From NCBI GenBank assembly GCA_026387355.1, contig JAPLLW010000007.1:106198-170197 (forward strand): a DNA stretch of 64,000 bases. Reading direction: 5' to 3'. A program made the translations under genes and the position numbers. This stretch comes from Candidatus Omnitrophota bacterium. Its GTDB lineage: Bacteria > Omnitrophota > Gorgyraeia > Gygaellales > Profunditerraquicolaceae. The notes below the pieces were generated by a model, which did no database searches, was not told the origin of the DNA, and saw only the letters and a list, made by a program, of their open reading frames with translations. Positions 51,725 through 62,472 of the stretch are shown piece by piece; the stretch's first letter is position 1, and every line of letters begins with the position of its first letter.

Positions 51725-52564
51725 TCAAGTCAAATAGTCAAGCAATTGGCTTAAGGTTGCTCTCAAATTCTTACGCGACACAATCATATCTATAAGTCCG
51801 TGACTTAGCAAAAACTCCGAGCGCTGAAATCCCGGCGGTAGCTTCTGTCTTATGGTCTGTTCAATTACCCTTGGCCCGGCAAAACCAATTAAAGCCTTAG
51901 GTTCAGCAATAATTACATCTCCTACACCGGCAAATGAAGCCATAACCCCACCCATCGTAGGATTAGTTAGCACAGAGATATAAGGCAGCTTTGCTTTGCG
52001 ATGATAGCTAAGCGCAGCACAAGTCTTAGCCATCTGCATAAGACTAAGCATCCCCTCATACATTCTAGCGCCACCGCCGGAACCCGAGACAATAATCACA
52101 GGTAGTTTATTTTTTGTGGCTCCCTCAATTGTCCGAGTTATCTTTTCTCCGACTACCGAACCCATAGACCCCATAATGAAACGCGAGTCTGTAACCGCAA
52201 TGTTAATTTTTTTGTTATCCAGCAGTCCTTCCCCGGAAATTACCGCATCATTTAAACCCGTACTCAGTTGATCAGCACTTAATTTATCTTTATAGGTTTT
52301 AGGCCCCTTAAAGTTCAAAGGGTCAGCGGAGAGCATATCTTTATCAAGCTCCCGAAAGCTATCTTTATCTAAAAGCATATTTATTCTCTCGTAAACACCT
52401 ATTGAGAAATGATAGCCGCATTTAGGGCAAATTTTAAGGTTTTCCTCAATAGTTTTATTGTAAAGCGTCTCTGAGCATTCTTCGCACTTAGTCCAGAGTC
52501 CATCGGGCATCTCTTTCTTTTTTAATCTTACGATCGTATATTTTGGCTTACCAAATAACGCCAT
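51725..52564 (-). CDS. accD: Acetyl-CoA carboxylase carboxyltransferase subunit beta
   Basis: Zn-ribbon CEECSETLY...CPKCGYHF followed by a carboxyltransferase domain. Confidence 0.9.
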   Translation of the reverse strand: MALFGKPKYTIVRLKKKEMPDGLWTKCEECSETLYNKTIEENLKICPKCGYHFSIGVYERINMLLDKDSFRELDKDMLSADPLNFKGPKTYKDKLSADQLSTGLNDAVISGEGLLDNKKINIAVTDSRFIMGSMGSVVGEKITRTIEGATKNKLPVIIVSGSGGGARMYEGMLSLMQMAKTCAALSYHRKAKLPYISVLTNPTMGGVMASFAGVGDVIIAEPKALIGFAGPRVIEQTIRQKLPPGFQRSEFLLSHGLIDMIVSRKNLRATLSQLLDYLT

Positions 52565-52569
52565 TTAAT

Positions 52570-53856
52570 TTAGAGCTCCTCATGTTTGTTGATTACCAAC
52601 CCTGATAATACCTTAGGGTAAAAATACGTTGATTTAGCTGGCATCTTATTCCCGTTTAAAGCTACATCGATAATCTGTTGCATCTTAACCGGATTTAAGA
52701 AAAAGGCGATATTTAAAGGATCGCTATCAGCTAAAGTAATAAATTCTTCTGCGCTTGGACTATACTTAAGACTGTTCTTGCTCATTGAATCATACCCTAG
52801 AATATCTTTAAAAATTATGTGGTTAAGCATAGAAACGTCAAGAGTTCTATACTCTTTGGGCTTATCAGCAATTAGCTTATCCAGGATTCTAATATTTTTT
52901 AGTCTTAATAGATAGAAGCGCCTATCTTTATACATACCCAAAAGATGCTCGGCGCGGCCACCTTTTTGCATAAGAAAGAAGAAACGAGTCTTATCTTTAA
53001 TCTCTTCAACATCAAAATGCTCTTTAAGCCTTAGAATGAATTTATTTAGATCCAATGTTTTATCCAGTTTTAGAAGACGATGGATCGGTAATATTGATAA
53101 CCCGCGTAAATCCGTATTGGTAAAATAGGCCAGGGTATAATTAAGGCTTGAATCTTCCTTAAATCTATCCGGATACTTCTCCTTCATGAAATCTCTATAG
53201 GCTAGCGAAACTTCATAACGGTGGTGACCGTCAGCGATAAAGGCGTCTTCCTTCTGCATCCCGGACTGAATCATCTCTAAAACCTGAGGAGAATCAATCC
53301 TCCATAGCTTATGCAGCGTATTATCTTTATCTTTCACTTCTATAATAGGGAGCGTCCCCTGAATATAGAGATCAAAAACTCTTTGAATAATGCGTTTTTT
53401 ATCCTTAGAAACTATAAATATCGGGCTTAAGTTAGCGTGCACTTTTTTAATAAGCTTAAAACGATCCTCCTTTGCCTCAAGCCTAGTATGTTCGTGCCCG
53501 AAAACCGAAGAATCCTTCCCTCCTAATCCAAGTAGCGCAATAAAACCAAGCCGGGTCTTGGTTTCTCCCTTGATGTTATACTGTTGACTATAAAAATATA
53601 TAGAAGGTTTATCATCTTGAATAAATATCTTATTTTTTATCCAATCGCTAAACAAAATGCCTGCGCGCTTATACTTATTCTCATCCGGGATATCTTTACC
53701 TAAAAGCAGATGTATAAAATTATAGGGATTAAGCTTATGAAAATAATCCTGCTGGGTAGGAGATATAACATCATAAGGCGGACAAACTACTTCGGAGAAA
53801 TCTCTGATCTTATCTTGGCTATAAAGTAGCGCCTTAAATGGTTTTATGCTAATCAT
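52570..53856 (-). CDS. DUF1015 family protein
   Basis: MISIKPFKALLYSQDKI...VVCPPYDVIS matches the DUF1015 N-terminal signature. Confidence 0.65.
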   Translation of the reverse strand: MISIKPFKALLYSQDKIRDFSEVVCPPYDVISPTQQDYFHKLNPYNFIHLLLGKDIPDENKYKRAGILFSDWIKNKIFIQDDKPSIYFYSQQYNIKGETKTRLGFIALLGLGGKDSSVFGHEHTRLEAKEDRFKLIKKVHANLSPIFIVSKDKKRIIQRVFDLYIQGTLPIIEVKDKDNTLHKLWRIDSPQVLEMIQSGMQKEDAFIADGHHRYEVSLAYRDFMKEKYPDRFKEDSSLNYTLAYFTNTDLRGLSILPIHRLLKLDKTLDLNKFILRLKEHFDVEEIKDKTRFFFLMQKGGRAEHLLGMYKDRRFYLLRLKNIRILDKLIADKPKEYRTLDVSMLNHIIFKDILGYDSMSKNSLKYSPSAEEFITLADSDPLNIAFFLNPVKMQQIIDVALNGNKMPAKSTYFYPKVLSGLVINKHEEL

Positions 53857-53862
53857 TCTTTA

Positions 53863-54132
53863 TTAGTGGGCATGCGGGCAAGCACTACAGCCTTCCTTAT
53901 TAGAAGAACATGGTCCTGGTTTTTGCTTAGACGAGGAGGACTTATTTGAAGATTTACGATAATCAGTAGCGTAAAATCCGGAACCTTTAAAGATAATCCC
54001 TGAGCCTCCGCCAATAAGCCGACTTATCTTTTTATGGCACTTAGGACATTTATCCAGCGCCTTATCCGACATCTTCTGGAAAATTTCAAATATTTTATTG
54101 CAATTTGCGCATTCGTATTCGTAAGTCGGCAT
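53863..54132 (-). CDS. FmdB-family zinc-ribbon protein
   Basis: MPTYEYECANCNKIFE...CPKCHKK (CxxC...CxxC) with a Ser-rich tail. Confidence 0.7.
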   Translation of the reverse strand: MPTYEYECANCNKIFEIFQKMSDKALDKCPKCHKKISRLIGGGSGIIFKGSGFYATDYRKSSNKSSSSKQKPGPCSSNKEGCSACPHAH

Positions 54133-54144
54133 AAATAACTCCCT

Positions 54145-55308
54145 TTATTTAAAAGATTTCCTTATTTTATCAGTAAAACTATCCCTGTCAATACTTTCGC
54201 CGCTTGCGCGGGCAAACTCTTCCATGAGCCTGCGCTGCTCTGAAGATAGGCGCGTGGGTATTTGAACAAGCACCTTAACTAATTCATCCCCCTTACCTCT
54301 GCCATGCAAGTCAGGCATCCCTTTATCTTTAAGCCTGAAAATACTACCACTCTGGGTGCCAGCGGGAACCTTCATATCTACCTTTCCATCTAATGTAGAG
54401 ACAATTATTTCACCACCTAGCATAGCTTTACTTAAGCTAATACTAATTTCAGTAATGATGTCATTGCCATGCCTCTGAAATAAGTGGTTAGGCATTACTT
54501 CGATTACCACATAAAGATCGCCATGGCTAGCAGCTCCAGCTTCACCTTCGCCACGCACACGCAAATTAGAGCCTGTATCAACACCAGCAGGAATCTTAAC
54601 CTTAATCTTACGGCTTATCTTTACTCTACCCTGCCCCTGACATTCCTGACAAGGGGATTGAATCGAAGAACCTTCTCCACCGCAACGCGAGCACGCCTGT
54701 GCTAACTGAAAAAATCCCTTTGAGACTACTGTTCTACCCGAACCCTTACATTGCGGGCAGACAATTTTCTTAGTTCCTGGCCTTGCTCCCGACCCTGAAC
54801 AAGTATGACAGGTTTCATAACGCGGCACGGTAATTGTTTTTTCTATACCACTTGCCGCTTCTTCAAGAGTTATATCAACAGCTATCTGCAGATCTCTTCC
54901 GCGCTTACGGCCGCTACCAGAACTTGCGCTAGCCCTACCACCGAAGAAATCATATCCAAGATCGCTAAAAATCTCATCAAATATTCCGCCACCCATACCA
55001 ACATCGCCCATCCCCTGGAATACACTACTAAAATCTGCGTTCTTGAAAATATCTTCTTGGGCGTACTTCTGGTCTATACCGGAATGACCGTACTGATCGT
55101 ATAGAGCTCTTTTTTGCGAATCAGACAAAACAGCATAAGACTCAGAGATATCCTTAAACTTCTCTTCAGCTGCCTTTTTTTGATCGTGGGGAACGCGATC
55201 AGGATGATATCTAAGCGCTAACTCTCGATAAGCCTTTTTAATCTCATCGAGAGTTGCGCTCTTCTTTACACCTAATATCTCGTAATAATCAGCCTTAGTT
55301 GCAGCCAT
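54145..55308 (-). CDS. dnaJ: Chaperone DnaJ
   Basis: J-domain with HPD, G/F region, and four CxxCxGxG zinc repeats. Confidence 0.95.
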   Translation of the reverse strand: MAATKADYYEILGVKKSATLDEIKKAYRELALRYHPDRVPHDQKKAAEEKFKDISESYAVLSDSQKRALYDQYGHSGIDQKYAQEDIFKNADFSSVFQGMGDVGMGGGIFDEIFSDLGYDFFGGRASASSGSGRKRGRDLQIAVDITLEEAASGIEKTITVPRYETCHTCSGSGARPGTKKIVCPQCKGSGRTVVSKGFFQLAQACSRCGGEGSSIQSPCQECQGQGRVKISRKIKVKIPAGVDTGSNLRVRGEGEAGAASHGDLYVVIEVMPNHLFQRHGNDIITEISISLSKAMLGGEIIVSTLDGKVDMKVPAGTQSGSIFRLKDKGMPDLHGRGKGDELVKVLVQIPTRLSSEQRRLMEEFARASGESIDRDSFTDKIRKSFK

Positions 55309-57215
55309 TATTTTTTGTCGTCTTCCTCTTTGTATTCAGCATCAATTATATCTTCAGCCTTTGTTTCAGGCCCGCTAGGGCTAGCGCCCTCTTCATTAGG
55401 CCCTGGGTTTGCATGCTGTGAACCCGCTCCCCCTTGACTTGCTTGAGATTGCTGTTGTTTAGCTGAGGCCTGCTTATAAATCTCTTCGGCAAGCTTATGC
55501 GCAGCCTTAGTTAAATCTTCCATTCCTTTTTTAATTCTTTCGACATGCTTATCCTTTATCGCAGCTTTTAAATCATTGGCCTTTGCTTCTATATTTGCGC
55601 GCTCTTCTTGGCTAACCTTATCGCCGTAATCCTTGAGCGACTTTTCTGTGGCATAAACTAAGTTATCAGCCTGATTAACCGTCTCAATCTCCTCTCTTTT
55701 CTTAGCATCTTCTGCGGCGAACTTCTCTGCATCCTTAACCATCTTTTCAATTTCTTCCTTAGATAGTTTTTTAGGAGCACTTATGCGTATAGACTGCTCT
55801 TTGCCGGTACCTAGATCCTTTGCTGCGACATGGACAATACCATTAGCATCGATGTCGAAAGAAACCTCAATCTGAGGCACTCCACGTGGAGCAGCCGGGA
55901 TTCCTACAAGATCAAATCTTCCCAGCTCTACATTGTCATCAGCCATAGGCCGCTCGCCTTGTAAAACGCGTATAGTAACTGCGGTCTGATTTTCTGCAGC
56001 AGTTGAGAATATCTGGCTCTTCCTAGTCGGAACAGTGGTATTTCTTTCGATTAACTTTGTGCTTACTCCTCCTAATGTCTCAATTCCTAATGATAGCGGA
56101 GTAACATCCAATAGCAATACGTCCTTCATATCGCCCGTAATTATAGCTGCCTGAACTGCTGCACCCAAGGCAACACATTCCATGGGGTCAACTCCGCGTT
56201 CAATCTTTTTGCCTACATAATCCTCAACAAATTTCTGCACTATAGGCATACGCGTAGGTCCACCAACCATAATAATACGGTCAATATCTTTGGCAGTCAA
56301 TTTTGCATCGCTAAGCGCCTGTTCCATGGGATGTCGGCACCTCTCAATAATCGGGCCTATTAAATCTTCCAGCTTAGCACGAGTAATGTTCATAGTTAAA
56401 TGCTTTGGCCCGGAAGAATCAGCAGTAATAAAGGGGAGATTAATATCCGTGCTCACAGTTGAGGATAATTCGATCTTCGCCTTTTCCGCTGCTTCACGCA
56501 CCCTTTGCACAGCCATCTTGTCACTCATAATATCAATTCCTGTTTCGCGTTTAAACTGACCGGCGATATATTCTAGAAGCACTTTATCCATATCTGTGCC
56601 TCCTAATTGCGTATCTCCGGAAGTTGACTTTACTTCAAATACGCCTTGGGCCATCTCCATAACTGTTACGTCAAGCGTACCGCCGCCTAAATCAAAAACC
56701 ATAATCTTCTGTTCTTTACCGGCCTTCTCCAAGCCATAAGCAAGACATGCAGCTGTAGGCTCGTTGATAATACGTAAAACCTTCAATCCGGCAATTTCAC
56801 CTGCGTCTTTGGTGGCCTGACGCTGGTTATCATTAAAATATGCCGGACAGGTTATTACGACCTCCTCAACTTTGTCTCCCAAGTATGCTTCTGCGTCCTG
56901 CTTAATTTTTTGCAGGATAAAAGCTGAGATTTGCTGAGGTGTATAACTCTTCCCAAAGATCTTAAATTCAAAATCTGTCCCCATCTTACGTTTAGCTGCC
57001 TGAATTGTGCCTTCTGCATTTATAGCTGCCTGTCTCCTTGCCGGCTCTCCGATTAAGCGCTGTCCGTCTTTAGTGAATGCAACGTAAGAAGGAAATGCTT
57101 TACCAGACGCAACACCTGCTCCTTCAGCCGAAGGAATAATCACAGGTCTGCCACCTTCCATAACTGCTGCTGCTGAATTTGATGTACCCAAGTCAATACC
57201 GATTACTTTAGCCAT
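55308..57215 (-). CDS. dnaK: Chaperone DnaK (Hsp70)
   Basis: [14 protein letters not shown]...DLGGGTLD motifs. Confidence 0.97.
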   Translation of the reverse strand: MAKVIGIDLGTSNSAAAVMEGGRPVIIPSAEGAGVASGKAFPSYVAFTKDGQRLIGEPARRQAAINAEGTIQAAKRKMGTDFEFKIFGKSYTPQQISAFILQKIKQDAEAYLGDKVEEVVITCPAYFNDNQRQATKDAGEIAGLKVLRIINEPTAACLAYGLEKAGKEQKIMVFDLGGGTLDVTVMEMAQGVFEVKSTSGDTQLGGTDMDKVLLEYIAGQFKRETGIDIMSDKMAVQRVREAAEKAKIELSSTVSTDINLPFITADSSGPKHLTMNITRAKLEDLIGPIIERCRHPMEQALSDAKLTAKDIDRIIMVGGPTRMPIVQKFVEDYVGKKIERGVDPMECVALGAAVQAAIITGDMKDVLLLDVTPLSLGIETLGGVSTKLIERNTTVPTRKSQIFSTAAENQTAVTIRVLQGERPMADDNVELGRFDLVGIPAAPRGVPQIEVSFDIDANGIVHVAAKDLGTGKEQSIRISAPKKLSKEEIEKMVKDAEKFAAEDAKKREEIETVNQADNLVYATEKSLKDYGDKVSQEERANIEAKANDLKAAIKDKHVERIKKGMEDLTKAAHKLAEEIYKQASAKQQQSQASQGGAGSQHANPGPNEEGASPSGPETKAEDIIDAEYKEEDDKK

Positions 57216-57744
57216 TTTTTTCCTCCTGTCTTTTGGAAACTTTTACTTTCGCCGTGCGAATCACGCGATCATTTAATTGATATCCCTTTTGTAATTCCTC
57301 TACTATTGTATTTTCCGGTAGCTCTTTATTCTCTACCTGCATTAAAGCCTCATGACAATGCGGATCAAATAATTTACCCTCAGCATCAATAGGCTTAACT
57401 CCGTATTCTTTAAGCATCTCATAAAGATGCGCAAGAATCATCTCAACACCTTTTAGAAAAACAACTAAATCCTGCTTTTGTGTCTCCGCAAGATTAACGC
57501 TTCGCTCTAAGTCATCCAAAATATTGAGTAACTCTAAAATAATGCCTTCGTTGGCAAACCTGACAAATTCCTGCTTATCTCGCTCAAGGCGTTTACGCGT
57601 ATTCTCGAAATCCGCCTGCAGGCGTAGCACTTTATCCGCTAAGCCTTGAGCCTTAAGCGCCTCTTCTTTTAAAGCGAGATACTCTGTCTCTTTTAAAAGG
57701 ACGCTCTTTTCTTCGTTAAGATGATTCTTTTTATCCTCACCCAT
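57208..57744 (-). CDS. grpE: Nucleotide exchange factor GrpE
   Basis: Coiled-coil N-terminal region plus the GrpE C-terminal domain. Sits between hrcA and dnaK. Confidence 0.9.
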   Translation of the reverse strand: MGEDKKNHLNEEKSVLLKETEYLALKEEALKAQGLADKVLRLQADFENTRKRLERDKQEFVRFANEGIILELLNILDDLERSVNLAETQKQDLVVFLKGVEMILAHLYEMLKEYGVKPIDAEGKLFDPHCHEALMQVENKELPENTIVEELQKGYQLNDRVIRTAKVKVSKRQEEKNG

Positions 57745-58484
57745 TAATCAATGCTCTCCATAGTTTCGCTTAATACCTCAGATATATATTCTAGCGCCGG
57801 GATAATATAATTGTACTCCATGCGCACCGGGCCTAATACTGCAAGCTTGCCCTGAGGCTTATTTTTTCTTCGGTAACTCGAGACAATCAAAGAACAATTT
57901 TTTATCTCTGGATACTCTAGCTCTGTGCCAATATAAACTTTAACTTTATCGGTAAAATCACGGTTAATTAATCCAAGCAACTGCTGTTTATCTTCAACTA
58001 CCTTGATTAAAAGTCTTATCTTTTCAGCATCCTTAAATTCCGGCTGCTCTAAGATCCGGCTAAGCCCTTTGTAGAATATCTTATCCTGCCATTCCAAAAA
58101 CGAAACAATTCCCGCATAATGCGTGGTTTGAGCGATTACCTCAGAAGTCTCTTCTAACGTATCTTCCAGGCGCCTGGTCTTTTTCTTATATTCTTTAGTA
58201 ATCTGCGACTTCTCCTCATCCAGAAGCTGCATTTGGGAAAGCAGAAAATCCACATAATAGCGATAACCCTTCTGAGTGGGTATTCTTCCGCCTGAAGTAT
58301 AAGGATGGGTAAGATAGCCCGCGTCCTCCAGTTCGCTAAAGATATTCCTGATTGTAGCAGAACTTAAATCAAAATGCTCAGCGATATCTTCAGAGGCAAC
58401 CGGCTCGGCCTCTAAAATATGCTTATTGATGGTAGCTGTTAAAATAGCTTTTTTTCTTGTTTCGCGATCGATATTCTTTAACAT
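57744..58484 (-). CDS. hrcA: Heat-inducible transcription repressor HrcA (short form)
   Basis: N-terminal winged helix ...PVASEDIAEHFDLSSATIRNIFSELEDAGYLTHPYTSGGRIPTQKGYRYYVD. A CIRCE element lies upstream. Confidence 0.8.
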   Translation of the reverse strand: MLKNIDRETRKKAILTATINKHILEAEPVASEDIAEHFDLSSATIRNIFSELEDAGYLTHPYTSGGRIPTQKGYRYYVDFLLSQMQLLDEEKSQITKEYKKKTRRLEDTLEETSEVIAQTTHYAGIVSFLEWQDKIFYKGLSRILEQPEFKDAEKIRLLIKVVEDKQQLLGLINRDFTDKVKVYIGTELEYPEIKNCSLIVSSYRRKNKPQGKLAVLGPVRMEYNYIIPALEYISEVLSETMESID

Positions 58485-58628
58485 AATTTATACCTTTGAT
58501 TTATCTTTAGCGTTCTCTTAACCAAAATGCTAGAAGTTTTATATTAACACATTTTGTTTCTTTGTAAAGTCCAAAATCTTAGTTTTTTATCAATTTATCA
58601 TAACTTAATCCTCCCTTCGTTTGGAAAC

Positions 58629-58655
58629 TTAGCGCTCTAACAACAAGAGTGCTAA
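58629..58655 (-). promoter_or_regulatory. CIRCE operator (HrcA binding site): TTAGCACTC-N9-GAGCGCTAA
   Basis: Near-perfect match to the CIRCE consensus TTAGCACTC-N9-GAGTGCTAA, with one mismatch. Located between the MerR-like ORF and hrcA. Confidence 0.8.
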
Positions 58656-58672
58656 ACTAAAGCTAAAAAATT

Positions 58673-58930
58673 TTACCCCTCTTTTTCTATAATTATTTTT
58701 ATCCCGTGTATATTCACGTGCTTCTCCTCCATAAGGTAATGCACATATTCTAATCTCTTTACATCCTTCAGAGAATAAAAACGGTTCTTCTTTCCTAGTC
58801 TTTTAGGCGAGACTATCCCAGCCTTATCTAATTGACGTAATGTCCATACAGGCAAGCTTACTAGTCTACTCACCACGCTAATAACATAGACGGGCTCGTC
58901 CTGACTTATAATTATATCAAACTTTGGCAT
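58673..58930 (-). CDS. Small MerR-family HTH regulator (HspR-like)
   Basis: YVISVVSRLVSLPVWTLRQLDKAGIVSPKR...FYSLKDVKRLEYVHYLMEE matches the MerR N-terminal HTH. GAGGGG RBS. Own promoter upstream. Confidence 0.55.
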   Translation of the reverse strand: MPKFDIIISQDEPVYVISVVSRLVSLPVWTLRQLDKAGIVSPKRLGKKNRFYSLKDVKRLEYVHYLMEEKHVNIHGIKIIIEKEG

Positions 58931-58954
58931 AACCCCTCATTTCTCAACAAAACA

Positions 58955-58983
58955 AGTGTACCATGAACTCATAATCTTGTCAA
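58955..58983 (-). promoter_or_regulatory. Sigma-70-like promoter TTGACA-N17-TACACT for the MerR-like/hrcA operon
   Basis: Minus-sense ttgaca (58983-58978) and tacact (58960-58955). Confidence 0.4.
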
Positions 58984-59011
58984 GCTTATTTAACAAAAAT
59001 AATTAGGTAAA

Positions 59012-60271
59012 CTAACAGATAACCTCTATATCCTTATTATGCATTAATTTCTTCGAATCTACTTTTGAGATGCTTGCTACAATCTCTACGCTATTCTGTA
59101 AATATTTGACCTCCTTAACCTTTCCCTGCCGGTAAATAAAATCGAGTAAATCCATGCGTTGGTGCGGTATAATTATTTTAACCAGCGCCATCCTTTCAGA
59201 AAACACAACTTGTATTTTCTCGAGCAAATCATCCAGGTTTTGCTTAAATTTTGCCGAAATTACTATTGCATTGTTAAAATCCCGCTGCATTTTTTCAAGC
59301 CATAACTTGTCATTCATTAGATCTATCTTATTCAAGGCCGTAATCACAGGTTTTCCCTCTACGCCTAGCTTCTTTAATACCTCAAAAACCGCTTTATTCT
59401 GTTCATAAACATTGGCATTAGCAACATCAAGCACATGGATTAATAAATCTGCCTGCACTACTTCTTCTAAAGTGGCTTGAAAAGCTTCAATAAGATGGTG
59501 TGGTAAATTATGCAAAAAACCAACCGTATCGGATAAAACTATTCTTTCCCCGTTATCTAGCTGTAAACTCTTAGCTAATGGATCAAGCGTAGTAAATAAT
59601 CCTGAGGAGACGTTCTGATCGGCTCCAGTAAGTGCATTTAGAAGCGTTGACTTACCCGCACTCGTATAGCCAACTAAAGCAACCAGTGGAATTAAATTAT
59701 CAATTCTTCGCTTACGCATAACTATTCTGCGCTCGGTAAGTATTTTTAAATCCGCCTTAAGCGTATCAATCTTACCCCTTATCTTTCTTCTATCCATCTC
59801 TAGCTTTTGCTCGCCTGGGCCGCGCGTACCTACGCCGCCGCCAAGTCGCGAAAGCATGACCCCCTTACCAGACAAGCGTGGTATAAGATACTGTAATTGA
59901 GCAAGTTCTACCTGCATTTTTCCCTCAGGAGTCTTTGCATGCCTAGCAAATATATCAAGAATTAGCTGGGTGCGGTCAATAATCTTTTTCCCGGTTATCT
60001 CTTCAAGATTTCTCTGTTGCGTCCCGGAGAGATCTTGACTAAAAATTAAAACATCTACATCTAGCTCTTGAGCAGTTAAAGCTAACTCTTTAGCCTTACC
60101 TGAACCAATGAGGAAATTCGAAGTAGGCTTTTCGCAAATTGACCTGATATTATCCACTGCTTCTACTCCGCAAGCAGCAGCTAACTCTTCAAGCTCTAGA
60201 GCACTCTCTTCAATCGGCCACTCATCTTTTTCGGTTTTTAATTTAACTGTGACTAATAAAGCCTTTTCCAT
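59012..60271 (-). CDS. hflX: GTPase HflX
   Basis: HflX N-terminal domain plus G-domain VALVGYTSAGKSTLLNALTG. Start placed at MEKALLVTV; the ORF-track start is 9 codons longer. Confidence 0.85.
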   Translation of the reverse strand: MEKALLVTVKLKTEKDEWPIEESALELEELAAACGVEAVDNIRSICEKPTSNFLIGSGKAKELALTAQELDVDVLIFSQDLSGTQQRNLEEITGKKIIDRTQLILDIFARHAKTPEGKMQVELAQLQYLIPRLSGKGVMLSRLGGGVGTRGPGEQKLEMDRRKIRGKIDTLKADLKILTERRIVMRKRRIDNLIPLVALVGYTSAGKSTLLNALTGADQNVSSGLFTTLDPLAKSLQLDNGERIVLSDTVGFLHNLPHHLIEAFQATLEEVVQADLLIHVLDVANANVYEQNKAVFEVLKKLGVEGKPVITALNKIDLMNDKLWLEKMQRDFNNAIVISAKFKQNLDDLLEKIQVVFSERMALVKIIIPHQRMDLLDFIYRQGKVKEVKYLQNSVEIVASISKVDSKKLMHNKDIEVIC

Positions 60272-61184
60272 TGATCTTTTTCCATATTTTATTTGCAACC
60301 TGCGCTGGGATCTCTTTGCCGGTTAGATTAATCCACTTAATAGTTTTATCTTTTCTGAACCAGGTAAGCTGTCTTTTAGCATAGCGCCGAGTATTACGCT
60401 TCATAAGGGATTTGGCTTCTTCCAAGCTGTACTCCCCATTTAAAAAACCCTTAATCTCCTTTATCCCAATAGCTGCCAAGGCTGTCCTGCTTATGCGCCT
60501 CTTATTTAGCGCCTTAACTTCATTGACCACTCCCTGCTTAAACATCCGGTCAACCCTTTGGTTAATTCTGTTATAAAGCTCATCTCGCTTAATGTTTAAA
60601 CAAAAGATTTTTACATCAAATTTCTCCCTAATGCCGGTTCTTTTCTTTTGCAATTCAGAAATTGGCTTACCGCATGCCTCGAAAACTTCCAGCGCCCTAA
60701 TCACGCGCCTTAAATCATTCGGATGGATCTTACGTGCGGCTTCAGCATCAACTCTCTTTAATCTGTTACATAAATAGTTTTTACCATATCTATCTGCTAA
60801 CCCATAGAGTCTTTTGCGAATGCTTATATCGGGTTTTTTTATGCTAAATATACCATCCAGCAACATTGTCGCATAAAGACCTGTCCCTCCCGTAAAAAGC
60901 GGGACTTTCCCTTTCTTTATAATTAAATCTACCTTCGAAAGTGCATCTTTGCAATATTGATTGGCGTCATATACTTTATCCAGGGGGATAAAATCAAAGA
61001 GGTGGTGTTTTATCTTTTTACGCCAGCTCGATGGCGGCTTAGAGGTCAATAAATTCATCCCCCTGTAAATCTGCATTGAATCAGCAGAGATAATCTCTGC
61101 GTTCAACTTTCTGGCAAGATGAACAACTACTGCACTTTTACCTGTCGCAGTCGGACCCAGGATAAATATAATTTTATTTTGCAT
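60243..61184 (-). CDS. miaA: tRNA dimethylallyltransferase
   Basis: IIFILGPTATGKSAVVVHLA...ISADSMQIY. Confidence 0.9.
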   Translation of the reverse strand: MQNKIIFILGPTATGKSAVVVHLARKLNAEIISADSMQIYRGMNLLTSKPPSSWRKKIKHHLFDFIPLDKVYDANQYCKDALSKVDLIIKKGKVPLFTGGTGLYATMLLDGIFSIKKPDISIRKRLYGLADRYGKNYLCNRLKRVDAEAARKIHPNDLRRVIRALEVFEACGKPISELQKKRTGIREKFDVKIFCLNIKRDELYNRINQRVDRMFKQGVVNEVKALNKRRISRTALAAIGIKEIKGFLNGEYSLEEAKSLMKRNTRRYAKRQLTWFRKDKTIKWINLTGKEIPAQVANKIWKKINGKGFISHS

Positions 61185-62382
61185 TAAGGGGAGATTTTTG
61201 TGGGATAACCTTACTCTTAGAAATTGCTCTCTGTAAATCTAAAATTGTTTTATGTCTGCCCTCTTTTTCTGCCTTAGAAACATCATCGGGTAAAGCCATA
61301 GCCTTAGTCTGCGGCCGGGGTGAATATTTAAAAATATATGCGGCATTAAACTTAATCTGCTTAAGCAGATTAAGTGTATCTTTGAAATCAGCTTCGCTTT
61401 CAGAAGGAAAGCCTAAAATAACATCTGATGAAAGCAATCCATTTTTCACAATTTTACGATAATTTTGTGTTAAGTTAAGGTAATACTTACTTGTGTAACC
61501 GCGATTCATTAGCTTTAGAATTCTATCTGATCCTGACTGAAGGGGAAGATGTAATTCTTTTTTTAGTTTACCTAAGGAAGCTATGGCCTTAAACAAGTCC
61601 GTGGTTGTATCTTTTGGATGAGAAGTAAGGAAATTAAACTCCTTTAAGCCCTTAAGAGAATTGACTAGCTCTAACAACTTAACAAAATCAACAGCGCCGT
61701 CTTGGTAAGAATTTACATTCTGCCCTAAAAGGGTAACCGATGTAACCCCTTTATCTAAAGCTTCGTTTATTTCTTTTATTATGTTCTTATGCGACCTATG
61801 CCGTAGCGCTCCCCGGACAAACGGGACGACGCAATAAGAACAGAAATTTGAACACCCTTCAGAGATAACCACATAAGTATGCTTTTTAGAATCATACCCA
61901 ATATCATGATAAATATGCTCAGGTCGCTTCAGTCCATCTGTCTCCCAAATCTTTTTTTCAAAAAGTCCTTTGTTCTTAATTAACGTATCTATAATGTCAG
62001 GTATTTTATGAATATCTGCGGGGCCGACTACAAAATCAACATCCGGGCTCTTCTCAAAGACCTGCTCCTTGTAATTCTGGGCCATGCACCCAATCAGACC
62101 AATTATAGAAATTTCCCCTAACTTCCCCTTTCTCTTTAGCTGTTCTTTTTTGTATGCACCTATTACGCTCCAGACTCTATCTTCCGCATGCTGCCTCACT
62201 GAACAGGTATTAATAATAATAACTCCTGCATCTTGCGGCTCTTCAACCATCTTGTACCCCGCATTTCCAAGCAATCCACAAACTAATTCCGAATCGCGTA
62301 TATTCATTTGACATCCAAACGTGCGTATGTACAATCGCAATCCCTTTGTTTCATTCTTGGTTTTATCTTTCTTATCAGGCAT
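61174..62382 (-). CDS. miaB: tRNA-i6A37 methylthiotransferase (radical SAM, MiaB family)
   Basis: N-terminal MTTase domain YIRTFGCQMN and radical SAM CSNFCSYC. Confidence 0.85.
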   Translation of the reverse strand: MPDKKDKTKNETKGLRLYIRTFGCQMNIRDSELVCGLLGNAGYKMVEEPQDAGVIIINTCSVRQHAEDRVWSVIGAYKKEQLKRKGKLGEISIIGLIGCMAQNYKEQVFEKSPDVDFVVGPADIHKIPDIIDTLIKNKGLFEKKIWETDGLKRPEHIYHDIGYDSKKHTYVVISEGCSNFCSYCVVPFVRGALRHRSHKNIIKEINEALDKGVTSVTLLGQNVNSYQDGAVDFVKLLELVNSLKGLKEFNFLTSHPKDTTTDLFKAIASLGKLKKELHLPLQSGSDRILKLMNRGYTSKYYLNLTQNYRKIVKNGLLSSDVILGFPSESEADFKDTLNLLKQIKFNAAYIFKYSPRPQTKAMALPDDVSKAEKEGRHKTILDLQRAISKSKVIPQKSPLNAK

Positions 62383-62472
62383 TGTAGATCAGCTTCCTGT
62401 ATTAATGATTTGAACGGCTCATATAAGTCAGAATAACATTTAGAATATGTTCCTACCCTTTGCGTCTATTAA

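Noticed and set aside
58931-59011. HspR-associated inverted repeat (HAIR, CTTGAGT-N7-ACTCAAG) upstream of the MerR-like gene
   Set aside because: Only CTTGACA (which is the -35 box) and a 9-nt CTTGTCAAG mini-palindrome are present. There is no second half-site, so no HAIR was called.
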